A DNA stretch of 64,000 bases from assembly GCF_018350175.1 (NCBI RefSeq), contig NC_058369.1:26848001-26912000 (forward strand). Direction: 5' to 3'. Position 1 is the first letter of the stretch. Each line of letters begins with the position of its first letter. The notes beneath the pieces were generated by a model. That model was given only the letters and a program-made list of their open reading frames with translations. It had not been told where the DNA came from and made no database searches. The stretch comes from Felis catus (taxonomy: Eukaryota). The translations under genes and the position numbers were made by a program. Of this stretch, positions 23,251 through 35,854 are shown piece by piece.

Positions 23251-24899
23251 AATTTTTGATGTGATGTATCACATTGATTGTTTTGCAGATATTGGACCAG
23301 CTCTGCATCCCACTTGGTTGTGGTGAATAATTCTTTTAACATATTGTTGGATCCACTTGGCTAGTGTCTTGTTGAGGATTTTTGCCTCCATGTTCATCAG
23401 GGAAATTGGTCTGCAGTTCTTTTTAGTGAGGTCTTTGGTTTTGGAATCAAGGTAATGCTGGCTTCATAGAATGAGTTTGGAAGTTTTCCTTCCATTTCTA
23501 TATTTTGGACCAGCTGCAAGAGAATAGGTGTTAACTCTTCTTTAAACATTTGTTAGAATTCCTCTGGAAAGCCATCTGGCCCTGGACTCTTATTTTTTGG
23601 CAGATTTTTGATTACTAACTCGATTTATTTACTGGTTATGGGTCTGTTAAAATTTTCTATTTCTTCTTGTTTCAGTTTTGCTAGTTTATATTTCTAGGAA
23701 TTTGTCCATTTCTTCCAGATTACCCATTTTATTGTCATATAATTGCTTGTAATATTCTCCTATTATTGTTTGTATTTATGCTATGTTGGTGGTAATCTCT
23801 CCTCTTTCATTCTTGATTTTATTTATTTGGGTCCTTCCTTCTTCTTTTTGATCAAACTGGCTAGTGGTTTATCAATTTTGTTAATTCTTTCAGAGAACCA
23901 GCTTCTGGTTTCATTGATCTGTTCTACTGTTTTTTGTTTTTGTTTTTTGGTTTTGATAGCATTGATTTCTGTTCTATTCCTTATTATTTCCTGTCTTCTG
24001 CTATTTTGGGGTTTTATATGCTATTCTTTCCAGCTCTAAGGTGTAAGGTTAAGTTGTGTATCTGAGACATTTCTTCCTTCTTTAGGAAGGCGTGGATTGT
24101 ATATACTTTCCTCTTATGACCGCTTTTGCTGCATCCCAGAGGTTTTGGGCTGTGGTGCTATAATTTTCCTTGACTTCCATGTACTTTTAATTTCCTCTTT
24201 AAATTCTTGGTTACCCCATTCATTCTTTAGTAGGATGTTCTTTAGTCTCCAAGTATTTGGTACCTTTCCAAATTTTTTCTTGTGGTTGATTTTGAGTTTC
24301 ATAGTGTTGTGGTCTGAAAATATGCACAGTATGATCTCGATCTTTTTGTAGTTGTTGAGGGCTGATTTTTGTTCCAGTGTGTGATCTATTCTGGAGAATG
24401 TTCCATGTGCACTTGAGAAGAATGTGTATTCTGCTGCTTTAGGATGAAATGTTCTGAATATATCTGTTAAGTCCATCTGGTCCAGTGTGTAATTCAAAGC
24501 CGTTGTTTCCTTGTTGATAATTTGATTAGATGATCTGTCCATTGTTGTAAGTGGGATGTTGAAGTCCCCTGCTATTATGGTATTATTATCAATGAGTTTC
24601 TTTATGTTTGTGATTAATTTATTTATATATTTGGGTGTTTCACATTTGGAACATAAATGTTTACAATTGTTAGATCTTCTTGTTTATAGACCCCTTAATT
24701 ATGACATAATGCCCTTCTTCATCTCTTGTTACAGTCTTTATTTTAAAATCTAGATTGTCTGAAGTAAGTATAGCTATTCTGGCTTTCTTTTGACGACCAT
24801 TAGTAGGATAGATGGTTCTCCCTTACTTTCAATCTGAAGGTGTCTTTAGGTCTCAATTGGGTCTTTTGTAAATGGCATATAGATGGATCTTGTTTTCTT

Positions 24900-25134
24900 T
24901 TCTTTTTTTTTTTTAAATTTTTTTTTTCAACGTTTATTTATTTTTGGGACAGAGAGAGACAGAGCATGAACGGGGGGGGGGGGGGCAGAGAGAGAGGGAG
25001 ACACAGAATCGGAAACAGGCTCCAGGCTCTGAGCCATCAGCCCAGAGCCTGACGCGGGGCTCGAACTCACGGACCGCGAGATCGTGACCTGGTTGAAGTC
25101 GGACGCTTAACCGACTGCGCCACCCAGGTGCCCC
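24900..25134 (-). mobile_element. Young SINEC_Fc inside L1
   Basis: TSD ggatcttgttttctt at 24885-24899 and 25135-25149. Confidence 0.97.
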
Positions 25135-27379
25135 GGATCTTGTTTTCTTATCCATTCTGTTACCCTATGTCTTTTGATTGGAGCATTTAGTCTACTGATG
25201 TTTAGAGTGAGTAATGAAAGATCTGAATTAATTGCCATTATGTTGCCTGTAGAGTTGGATTTTCTGGTGGTGTTCTCTGGTCCTTTCTAGTCTTTGTTGC
25301 TTTTGGTCTTTTTTTTCTTTTTTCATCTTTTCTCTCCTTAGAGAGTCCCCCTTATAATTTCTTGCAGGGCTGATTTAGTGGTCATAAACTCCTTTAGTTT
25401 TTCATTTGGGAAACTTTTAATCTCTCCTGTTTTGAATGACAGCCTTGCTGGATAAAGAATTCTTGGCTGCATATATTTCTGATTCAGCATATTGAATATA
25501 CCCTGCCACCCCTTCCTGGCCTGCCAAGTTTCTGTGGATAGGTCTGTTGTGAACCTGATATGTCTTACCTTGTGGATTAAGGACTTTTTTTTCCTTGTTG
25601 CTTTCATGATTCTTTCCTACATTCTTTTCCTGAGTACCACTTACAGTTTGTCACCATTACTGTTGATGTCTGAATTTTTGGTATAGATCTTTATCTATTC
25701 ACCAGGAAAAGATGTTTTTTTCGAGGTAAGAAAAGGTGTTAGGGGTTAAGAGGGTTCCACATGAAGTTGACTAAATTCAAAAGTGCTCTAGTTTAAAAAA
25801 TGTACACAAATATCCTCTCTCCCCTCCCCCCATCCCCAGATTAATTCCACTAGTATTGTTGGGTTGGGATAGTTTGGCTATTTGCCATATCTATTACCAA
25901 TTTCCTGCTACTGTTTTGGGTGCTGTTTCTGGCCTAATGCATTGTATATTCTTTCCTTATGCTGGATCCTCTTCTGGAACATCCCCTCCTAAAATCTAAC
26001 TTTTGTTAAGACCCCCAATTCTCTATCAGTTAGGTATATCTCAACCTCAATAGTGTATAGAGTTTAAATATTTTCTCCTGGAAGGCTTTGGCCTTAGTAC
26101 AAATCACAAGATGCAAAAGGGTACACATATCTTTATAATTTATTCTGCCCCAGTACCCACAAACATCTAATCCTAATCCAAATAGACACATGTGGAGAGG
26201 GATGTTGTCTAACTCCACTGACAAAAAACATCTGGGTTCCAACTCTACTCAGGTTCCCTCTTACTAGGGGGATTTCCTTCTTCATATTACCCTTTCTCAT
26301 TCCATAGGGGCCCAATGTGTTGTTTAGCATATTCATTGGAATTAAGCTATGAGTATATAGTTGATAATATTAAGAGAAAGGTTTGTCTCCTAAAAGGACC
26401 AATATGAAGGACTTCCACCTCCCTTCTGTTAACACAGGGAAGGAGCCTGCCATGACCACCAAGATGGAGGCACTGGTAGAATTTAGAATGAGCTACTCAT
26501 TCTACTTAAGCTACTCTTTTAGAATGAAGCTTCAGGGAGTTCAGAGGGGTTGAAAAGGACACAACAAAGGTAATAAGAGGGCAAAAGGCAGTAGAAAGGA
26601 ATCCATGATGCTCATCTTACATGGTCTTCTGACATCTAATGTCTTGTTTGTGATAAGTTAATAGAAAAGATGTTTCTTTCTGTTCATAGACTTCCATGAA
26701 GTGCTTATAGTGCATGCATAATGCATATGTACACATATATACAATATCATAATTCTTAAATATACCTTAATCAATTGAAAAGTCCTTGAAGCACAGTAAA
26801 GTTTAAAGCAAACATAGAAGATAAAGGTTCCTTCACTGATAATTTGGTTATGACAACCTTTCTTGAAAAGACTGGGAAGTCTTACAAACTTTTTGTGAAA
26901 GCATTTTTAAAATGGTCTTCAGGTATATCTAAAGTATATACTAGCCATATTTATTACACAACACTTATGATTGTGTAAATTTGCTACTCTTCCTTAATAT
27001 AAAAATTATACTAATTAACCAAATTTAACCAGAGATTTTGGACCTGGTTACATTTTATTACTATGACCATTATCCTAACAAAATCCCTAGTATAATCCCC
27101 AGGAGAAGCAAGTTACTTTAATGCACTAATCATAGAACCCTGTGCCTTTTTCCCCCCATCCCCACACTGTTTGAATAACCTTCAGTTTTAAAACTTACTG
27201 CTCACTTTGACCATGAAAACTCCTTCACTGCATTTCCTTCTGTGTAGTTAGAAGTATTTCTCAAGGAAAAGTTATTTATTCATTCAGAAGTAGATAGTTG
27301 AGCTAGACACTGTGTTAGATATGGAGTATAACTGTCAACAAGGCAGTTTACCTCTGCTCTTCTCTGTAATCAAAAGAAG

Positions 27380-27560
27380 CTAAAATTAACTGAGAACTTA
27401 ATGTGTGTCAAGCCCTGTTCTAAGTACTTTATGTGTATTCTTTCTGATAATTCTCACAACCATCCTAAGAGGTAATTTTGATTTAATCCCTATTTTACAA
27501 ATACGCAGTGTGGGGGTGGAGAGGATAAACAACTTGCTCAAAGCAATACAGTGAAGGGTA
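27380..27560 (-). mobile_element. MIR fragment
   Basis: ctgttctaagtactttatgtgtatt...tcacaaccatcctaagaggta...cctattttacaaat. Confidence 0.7.
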
Positions 27561-29112
27561 AGCCCATGCTAAGCTACCTATACTGTTACAGGTAAAATTC
27601 TGAAAAATTCTGTTCTGAAAAATACCAAAAACTAATACAAATTAGTTTTTCCTGGAGAATGTGAAATCTCTTGTAGAATGGATGAAATTTGTAAATGTGA
27701 ATATAAGCATGGGGCTGAGACTGTAAAAAGATATACCATTTACACATAATATGCAAAGTATTGAAATATATTCAAAACAAAATCATAATCTATTTTGACT
27801 ACTGCTGTCATCAATTGGCTTTATTTTGTATATCTAAAATTACAAAGCAGCATTATTTAAGAGATATTCTATCATCCAGATCTGAAGAAGTTTGAGTGAT
27901 ACCATGCTGTATTTTCGGGGGTGCATGGTAGGAAATGCACAGCACCGGTAACATCCTTCGCTGCTATCTTTGGTTTTTCCCCAATTCTATGCTTTCTCTG
28001 TTGGCCTGACAGGTTGCTAAAGATAATCTTTTGAATGGGTAATCATGGATAATGCACTTAGCTAAATTTAAATTAATTAGAGCTATATTTAGATAATAAA
28101 ATGGTTCTATTGAAAATAGGACTCATTTCTACAGAACAAAAATTTAATCTTTGTGTAATATTGCTTAGGGAATCTGGCACGCTCCTGATATGGAATTAGA
28201 ATTAAGTTACTTAATACTTATTGAATTGTTTTAGCTTTTTAGTTTTCTCTCCCCACTTCTTTGTCCCATTTGTTTATCTCCTTGGTTGGCTTGTTTGGGA
28301 TTTTTCCAATCCTTATATTTTTCACAATATTACTTCTAATTCCTTTAAGCTAAAATATAAATGCTAAATAGAAAAATATAATTCTGCAAAGGGACTTTAG
28401 CAGCTTTGTTTTCTGTTTATTTACTTGTTTAGGAAATTGTTCTTTAGTTTGCCAGAAAACAATCCTGTTTATAAATAGTAGAATCACTGTTGGAATTATG
28501 ATTTTCTTTAAAACTGTAACATATAATCTTAGGTGAAAATTTTAATATGTACTGTCATAAATAATGTTAATATAATAAAATATGAAATTTACACATTTTA
28601 ATTTTATTTCAGGTTGGAATATACCAATAAATATGCTGTTACTGCTCAAACAAACCACTTCCTTGTGTTGCCATCTTCAATCAAAATGTAGACTGCTATA
28701 GGTAACTCATCTCCTCTTTTTATTTCCAATAGTTGAACTTAGCTGCAACATGCTGAAAACTGAATGGCTCTAATTTAGAAGATTCATGGTGTATAAAAAA
28801 TATTCAATGTATGAAATTAAGAATCATTTCCATGTAACCATGTAGGAAACCCCCTGGGTGCATTTTGGCTCTTTGTTTGTAACAAATCATTTTAATTTGA
28901 GAACACTTATGTAAATATGAATAAGTATAGTATAAAAGTCTCGTGTGTTATAATACAAATTTTAACTCTCTGAGTGTATTGGAAACTTCAAGTTTTCTAG
29001 TTTAATATTTAACATCATTTATTCAGATGTTAGAGCCTTATAAATTTTTTTAAGTAGGAAAGATGATACAAATTTATATGGATTTAGATTGGCAGATAAA
29101 GGTTGTATCAGG

Positions 29113-29115
<3 letters not shown>

Positions 29116-29157
<42 letters not shown>
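29116..29157. repeat. (CT)n microsatellite
   Basis: Seen directly. Confidence 0.95.
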
Positions 29158-29160
<3 letters not shown>

Positions 29161-29395
29161 AAATTTATTTTATTTTTTTATCAAAATTTTTTTAATGCTT
29201 ATTTGTTTTGAGAGAGAGAGACAGAGCATGAGCAGGGGAGGGGCCGAGAGAGAGAGGAAAACACAGAATCCAAAGCAGGCTGCAGGCTGTGAGCTGTCAG
29301 CACAGATCCTGACATGGGGCTTGAACTCATGAATCATGAGATCATGACCTGAGCTGAAGTTGGATGCTCAACAGACTGAGCCATCCAGGCATCCC
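29158..29395 (-). mobile_element. Can-SINE
   Basis: Head ends catccaggcatccc; T-rich tail. Confidence 0.93.
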
Positions 29396-29396
29396 A

Positions 29397-29650
29397 GTTT
29401 TTGTTGTTGTTGTTGTTGTTTGTTTTTTGTTTTTAAGAGAGCGTGCACTTGCACCTGTACACATGTGCATGTGTGTGTGCGAGAGCAAGTGAGTGAAGGA
29501 GGGGCAGGGGGAGAGGGAGAGAGAATCTTAAGTAGGCTCTACACCCAGTGTGGAGCCCATTGTGGGGCTCTATCTCACAACCATGAGATCATGACCTGAG
29601 CCAAAATCAAAAGTCAAACAGTTAACCCACTGAGCCACCCAAGCACCCCC
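29397..29650 (-). mobile_element. Can-SINE, older subfamily, with (TTG)n tail
   Basis: Head ends cacccaagcacccc. Confidence 0.92.
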
Positions 29651-29797
29651 CAGGCCTTTTAAAACAAGTATTTTAAAATAATTTTTTAGAACTTGAAATT
29701 AAGTGTAAGAAAACAAGTTTTCCTTTGTACTATGGCCTCCTTAGACATACTTAAAAAATCAAAAGTTCTGAAATAATTGTAAAATAGTCATCATTTT

Positions 29798-30330
29798 CAT
29801 TAACTGAGGCTATGCTGCCATAACAAAATAATCCCCAAATCTCAGAAGCTTAAAACAACAAAGTTTGTTTCCTGGTCTTTTAACTCATCTTGTATTGGTC
29901 AGCTGTAACTCAGTTTGATGTTGTCTTCATTCTGGAACCCATGCTGAGAGAGCAGCCTCTACCTGGAACATTGCCAGTCTCATGGTAAAAGAAAATGAAG
30001 AATGTATTGGAATCATACAATGGCTCTTGAAGCTTCTGCTTGGAAGTGGCATATCTGGCTTCTCCCATTTTATTGGCCTAAGGAAATCATATGCAAAGCA
30101 TGATGTCATGAAGAAGCGCCAAATATTTTGAACAATAATAAAATATAATTCACCATACTCGACCTTCTTGGTCACAAATATTCATTTCCTTCCCTTTCGT
30201 ATGTAAAATATACTCATTCTGTATCCAAGGTAGACAACTCAATAGTCTCATCCAATTGTACTATCAGACTCAAAATTCAAGATATTATGATAGTTTCTCT
30301 ATAAAGCATGGATGTGATTCCTTTTCAGGG
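29798..30330 (-). mobile_element. MaLR LTR (MLT1I/J-like) with adjacent internal-sequence fragment
   Basis: ggctatgctgccataacaaa...ccccaaatctcag...cttaaaacaacaaag; MLT-int-like gtctcatccaattg after about 30157. Confidence 0.75.
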
Positions 30331-30663
30331 ACAATGAAATATATTTTTATTTAAGCCAGTGTGATTGATGTTTCTCTTACATGCCGCAGAAAACATTACA
30401 ATTTATAAAAATCTAGTATCATAGTTGTCTGAAATAAATAGAATACTGACAAAGCAGTTTCTTCAAGTTGGACTACAACTGCATCAGGCTGATTCTTAAG
30501 ATACTCTAAAATGGAAACTGCCTCTGAAATTCTTTTCAAGTATTATTTTAAATATGAAAAGACAACTTAAAAACTTTAACTACAGAAACAAATGGATATA
30601 CTATTACCATTATGGCATCATAACTTGATGTTTTATTATTTAAGACTCATGATATTGGTTCTA

Positions 30664-31845
30664 ATGATGCAAAGATCATTCAATAGGGAAACAGTAATCT
30701 TTGGAGCAGATGGCTCTGGGGCTACTGGATATCCACATGCTAAAGAATAAAATTGTATTTCTCTTTCACCCCATATTCAAAAATTAACTCACAGTGGGTC
30801 AAAGACCTAAATGTAATGGTTAAAACCATAAAACTTTTAGAAGAAATCATATGTATCAATCATCAGGACCTTGGACTAAGAAATGATTGGTTAGATACAT
30901 CACCAAAAGTACAAGCCACACACACACAAAAGATAATTAGATCATCAAATTGAAAAAAAAAAAAACTGCTTAAAAGGACATACTCAAGAAAATGAAAAAT
31001 TGAAAGAATGGGAGAAAATATTTATAAAATATTTATATGATAAAAGACTTGTATCCAGATTATAAAACGCAATTGCTAATCAATAATAAAAAGACACATA
31101 ACCCAATTTAAAAGTGAGCAAAGGCTCTGAATAAACATTTCTCCAAATAAGATATATAAAAACTAATATGCATATGAAAAGATGTTCAACATCCTTAGCC
31201 CTTGTATAAAAATTAAACACATGATGATATACCAGTTCACTACTAAAATGGCTATAATTTAAAAAAGAAAAATGTTGGTGAGGATGTGGAGAAATTGCAA
31301 TCCTTATACACAGATGACAGAAATGTAAAATGGTGCAACTACTTTGAAAAAGTTTGGCAGTTCCTCTAGAGATTAAATGTAGAGTTACCATATGACCTAG
31401 ATTTTCTACTTATAGGTATATTCCCAAGAGAAATGAGAGTATGTATCTACACAAAAACTTGTATGTGAAGGTTCATAGTAGTATTATTTATAATACTCAA
31501 GAAGTGGAAACCATGCGATATGGATATATACTACAACATGGATGAACTTTAAGAACATGCTAAGTGAAAGAAGCCAGACACAAAAGACCACATAGTGTAT
31601 GATTCCATTTATATTAAATAGACAAGTATATAGAGACAAATATTAGTGATTGCCAGAGGCTGAGGATAAGGGGAAATGAGGAATGTCTGCTAATGGGCAC
31701 AGTGTTTCTTTTGGGGGTGATGAAAGTATTCTGGAATTAGATAGTGATGATGATTGTGCAACTCTATGAATATACTGAAACCATGGGATTATACATTTTA
31801 AAAGGATAGTTTTTATGGTGTGTGAATTATATACCTATAAAACAA
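30664..31845 (+). mobile_element. Old L1 3' fragment (L1MB-type)
   Basis: Degenerate ORF2 end (PYSKINSQWVKDLNV in the track) and 3' UTR. Confidence 0.88.
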
Positions 31846-31879
31846 AAGATTCAAAGCTATGTGTGCCAGCTGAAAAAAA

Positions 31880-33815
31880 ATTCAATTGTATTTCTATACA
31901 ATGATAAATCAGAAAATGGAAAATATTATTCCATTCAATATATCAACAAAAATAATTAAATACTTTTGGAATAAGTTTAATAAAAGAAATACAAGACTAT
32001 TATACTGAAAATTTAAAAAATTTATTGAGAACAAAGAAGATCTAAATCAATGGAAAGACATTCCATATTCATAGATTGGAAGGTTCAATATGTTTAAGGT
32101 GAAAATTTTCTACTACTTGAGCATAGATTCAATGTAATCCCTGTCAGAATTTTTGGTGCCTTTTTGTATAAGTTGACAAGCAGATTCTAAAATTTATAGG
32201 AAATGCAAAACATCTACAATAGCCAAAACCGTTTTGAAAATTGGAGGACTTTCACTTTTCAATTTCAGAACTTACTATAAATATAGTTATCAGGACAGTG
32301 TGGCACTGACATAAGGGTAAACATATAGATGAATGGAGCACAATTGAGAGTCCAGAAATAAATGTGTATATTCATAGCCAATTGGTTTTTGAGAAATATG
32401 CTGAGGACATTCATTGGGGAAAGTATAATCTTTTCAACAAATGAATTTGGGACAATTGGATACCTACATGCAAAGACATGAACTTATACTCTCATTTCAC
32501 ACCATACACAAAAATAATAGTCTTAAATGTAAGCTAAAACAATAAAACTTTTAGAATAAAACATAGTAGGAAATCTTTGAGACCTTGGGTTAGGCAAGGA
32601 GTTCTTAGCTATTTCTTTGCACAGCCTGTAAAAGAAATAAATTAATACATTGAACATGAAAATCCAAAACTTTTGCATTTCAAAAGTCACCATTAAGAAA
32701 ATGAAAAAATTGGGACACCTAGTTGGTTCAGTCAGTTAAGCAAGCAACCAGCTCTTGATTTTGGCTCAGATCATGATCTGATGGCTGTGGGAGTGAGCCC
32801 ACATCCGGTTCTGCACTGAATGTGGAGCCTGCTTAGGATTCTCTCTCTCCTTTTCTCTCTCTGCCTCCCAATCCCCGCTCATGCCCTCTCTCAAAATAAA
32901 TAATAAATAAACTTAAAAAAAAAAAGAAAATGAAAAAATAATAGACTGAGGAAACATATATCTGATAAAGGTCTTGCACCTTCCAAGAACCCTTAAAACT
33001 CAATAATAATACAAACAGCTAAAAAAAAAATGAGTTAAAGATATGAAAGACATTTTACAAAAAAATATATAGAAATGGCTATTGAACATGTGAAAAGATG
33101 CTCAATAGCATTAGTTATTAGGGAAATGGAAATTAAAACCACAATGAGACACTATTTCACACCCACTACACTGGCTATAATAACTAAGAAAACAAATGTT
33201 TGTGAGGATGTAGAGAAATGGGAACACTTATACATTGCTGGTGGGAATGTAAAATTTTGTAGCCACTTTTGAAAATAGTTTGAAAGTTTTTCAAAAAGTT
33301 AAAACTACCAGATAAACCAGCAGATCAGCTCCTGGGTATCTATTGAAGAGAAATGAAAACATAAGCCCACACCAAAACTTGCATGTGAATGTTCATAATA
33401 GCATTATTTATAAAAGCCAAGAACTGGAAACAACTCAATTGTCCATTCACTATATTATATCCATGTAATTGAATATTATTCAGCAGTAAAAATAACGTAC
33501 TACTTACACAGTCTACATTATAGATAAACTTCAGAAAGAATGCAAAGTGAAGGGAACACATATTGTGTGATTGTGAACACATATTGTATGATCCTATTTA
33601 TAGGATATGTCTAGGGAAAGCAAATTTACAGAGATAGAAAGTAGATTAGTGATTACCTGTGTTTAGGAGTAGGAATCTGGATTTAGTATAAATGGGTTTG
33701 AGGGATCTTATTGGGGGGATCCAGTTGTTCTAAAAATTATTAATGGTGAAGATTGCACCACTCAGTAAATTTGCCAAAAATCACTTAAATTGTTCACTTG
33801 AAAAGGGTGAATTTT

Positions 33816-33820
<5 letters not shown>
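31880..33820 (+). mobile_element. Second old L1 3' fragment (L1MB/ME-type)
   Basis: ORF2-like text (EMEIKTTMRHYFTP) and a 3' UTR ending at (TA)n. Confidence 0.88.
32712..32923 (+). mobile_element. Can-SINE inside L1
   Basis: TSD aagaaaatgaaaaaat at 32695-32710 and 32924-32939. Confidence 0.94.

Positions 33821-33855
<35 letters not shown>
33819..33855. repeat. (TA)n microsatellite
   Basis: Seen directly. Confidence 0.95.
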
Positions 33856-33859
<4 letters not shown>

Positions 33860-34544
33860 TTTTTTTTTTTAATAATCACATGGTAATGTGCCAAAACACA
33901 GCAAGGGGATGAGGACAGAACAATTAAAAATGAAAGGGATCTTGGGTTTTGCTGCCAATTTAAAAGGATCACAACAATGAGGTGAAACCAAAATGATTTA
34001 AAATAATTTCTCTTTTGGTGCTTTCATTTCTGTCTTTGGTAGTCAGATTCAATGGTGACCATGGAACCTTTGTCATTTAGGAACCACATATATGCACAGA
34101 GTCTGATGCTGTCTGAAGATCTTGAAAAATGAAAGTCACAGCAAAACAAACAAACAAACAAACAAACAAAAACTACCAAAATACTCCAAAAGTTCCACTA
34201 GGTGCTACCATTTTCTAAGTCTTTTTAGGTCTTTATTTTGTCAATTACTTTATAATTCATATAGTTTCATGTAGTTGTTGTCTCCTCTAAATTTTCTCTA
34301 AAGTTACTTTCCAGGACCCAGATACTGTTTGACAGTGAAGATTTGTGTTTTCTCTGAATTTCTGAATTGAAATATTTTAATCTAAAGTAGCTTATGGAGA
34401 TAATCATTTTAAAAACAAAGCATTGTACTTCTGGAGAGAATAGTAATTTGTATGGTTTATTAAATAATTTATAATACTTAATATTCCTATTTAGTTCCTC
34501 TGAGATATAGTTGGTCTTATTTACTCATTCATGGACCTACGCAT

Positions 34545-35520
34545 TGATTCAGCAAATATCTACTAAGTACTTATTCTTACCTAGTGCTAGGCTAGATGCT
34601 GGGATTATACCAGTTAACTCCACATGAGGAAAGAAAAAAATAAACAAAGAAACAGTAATTTCACAAGATAGGATATCATACAAGAAAGAGTGGTCAACGA
34701 ACTTGATGTAGACTGTTCTATAGGTAGTCTCCTCTGGGGAGGTAGTAGGTGAGCTAAGATCTGAATGATAAAAACAAACACCCAATCACATGAGGATTTG
34801 AGAAAAGAGCATTTTAGGTCACAAGACTATAAAAGACCTCTAAGGGTAATTGTGCCTGGACTGTTTCTGAGAATATAGAAGCCAATGTAGTTGGAATGTG
34901 ATGATGCGGGAGTTGTATTTCATAGGTCATAATAAATAGTATGCATTTTGGTCTAATTGCAACAGAAAGGCACTGTAAAGTTTTTAAGCATGGCAGTAAC
35001 ATAATCTCATTTATATTTCGGATAGGTCAGTTAGGCTGCTCAATGGAAACTGGAATGGAGAGGGAGATTGAATGCAAAGTTAAAGCAAAAAGATGAAAGC
35101 CTTTTGCAACAGTCAGGAAAAGAGATGGTAGTATCTTGGACCATGATAATAGCAATAAAGATGGAAAAGATGAGTAGATTTGATATTTTTCTTTAAAAGT
35201 TAGAGTTAATGATACTTCTTAATGGGTTAAAGGGATGAGGAGATAATATAAATCAAAGAGGACTTTTAAGTATTTGATGCCAAGAACTGGGAGGATGGTG
35301 GTTTCATTTACTAAGATGGGGAATATTGGAGGAGAAACAAATTTGGTAAGGAAAATACAAGTTTTTCCTATTTTGAAAAGGTTGAATTTGTGATCCTATT
35401 CATCAGCCCAGTAGAATATCAAGTAGGCAGTTATATATTTAATCTGGAGCTCAAAAGACAGATCATATGATTGGACACATGTATCTGGGGGTTACTGCAT
35501 AGAGATGTCATTTAAATCTG
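34545..35520 (-). mobile_element. L2 fragment
   Basis: attcagcaaatatctactaagtactta start, then purine-rich L2 body. Confidence 0.75.
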
Positions 35521-35526
35521 TAATTT

Positions 35527-35590
35527 CTTTTTTTTAAGGGTTATTAATTTATTTGGGGGAGGGAGAGGCAAAGAGAGAGGGAGAGAGAGG

Positions 35591-35652
<62 letters not shown>

Positions 35653-35778
35653 CCCAAGCAGGCTCCATGCTGTCTGCACAGAGCCTGACATAGGGCTTGA
35701 TCTCACTAATGGTGAGATCGTGGATTGAGACGAAATCAAGAGTTGAATGCTAAACCACTTGAGCCACCCAGGCTCCCC
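35527..35778 (-). mobile_element. Can-SINE with expanded (GA)n
   Basis: Long (GA)n at about 35570-35648; head ends cacccaggctcccc. Confidence 0.94.
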
Positions 35779-35854
35779 AAAATGTCTCCATTTTTAGAGA
35801 GAAACTGACAATCCAGCTTTTGATGTGATATCTCACATTTTAAATATATTGGCT

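Larger units (their letters stand above)
21975..25617 (-). mobile_element. Felid/carnivore L1 with a ~1.4-kb internal deletion (junction 22687/22688); keeps ORF1 C-terminus, EN region and 3' UTR
   Basis: ORF1p-like peptide at 25338-25607 (DLSTETWQARKGW...PRILYPARLSF); EN-like peptide at 24114-24542 (YTFFSSAHGTFSRIDH, SDHN); two nested SINEs; no TSD found. Confidence 0.96.
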
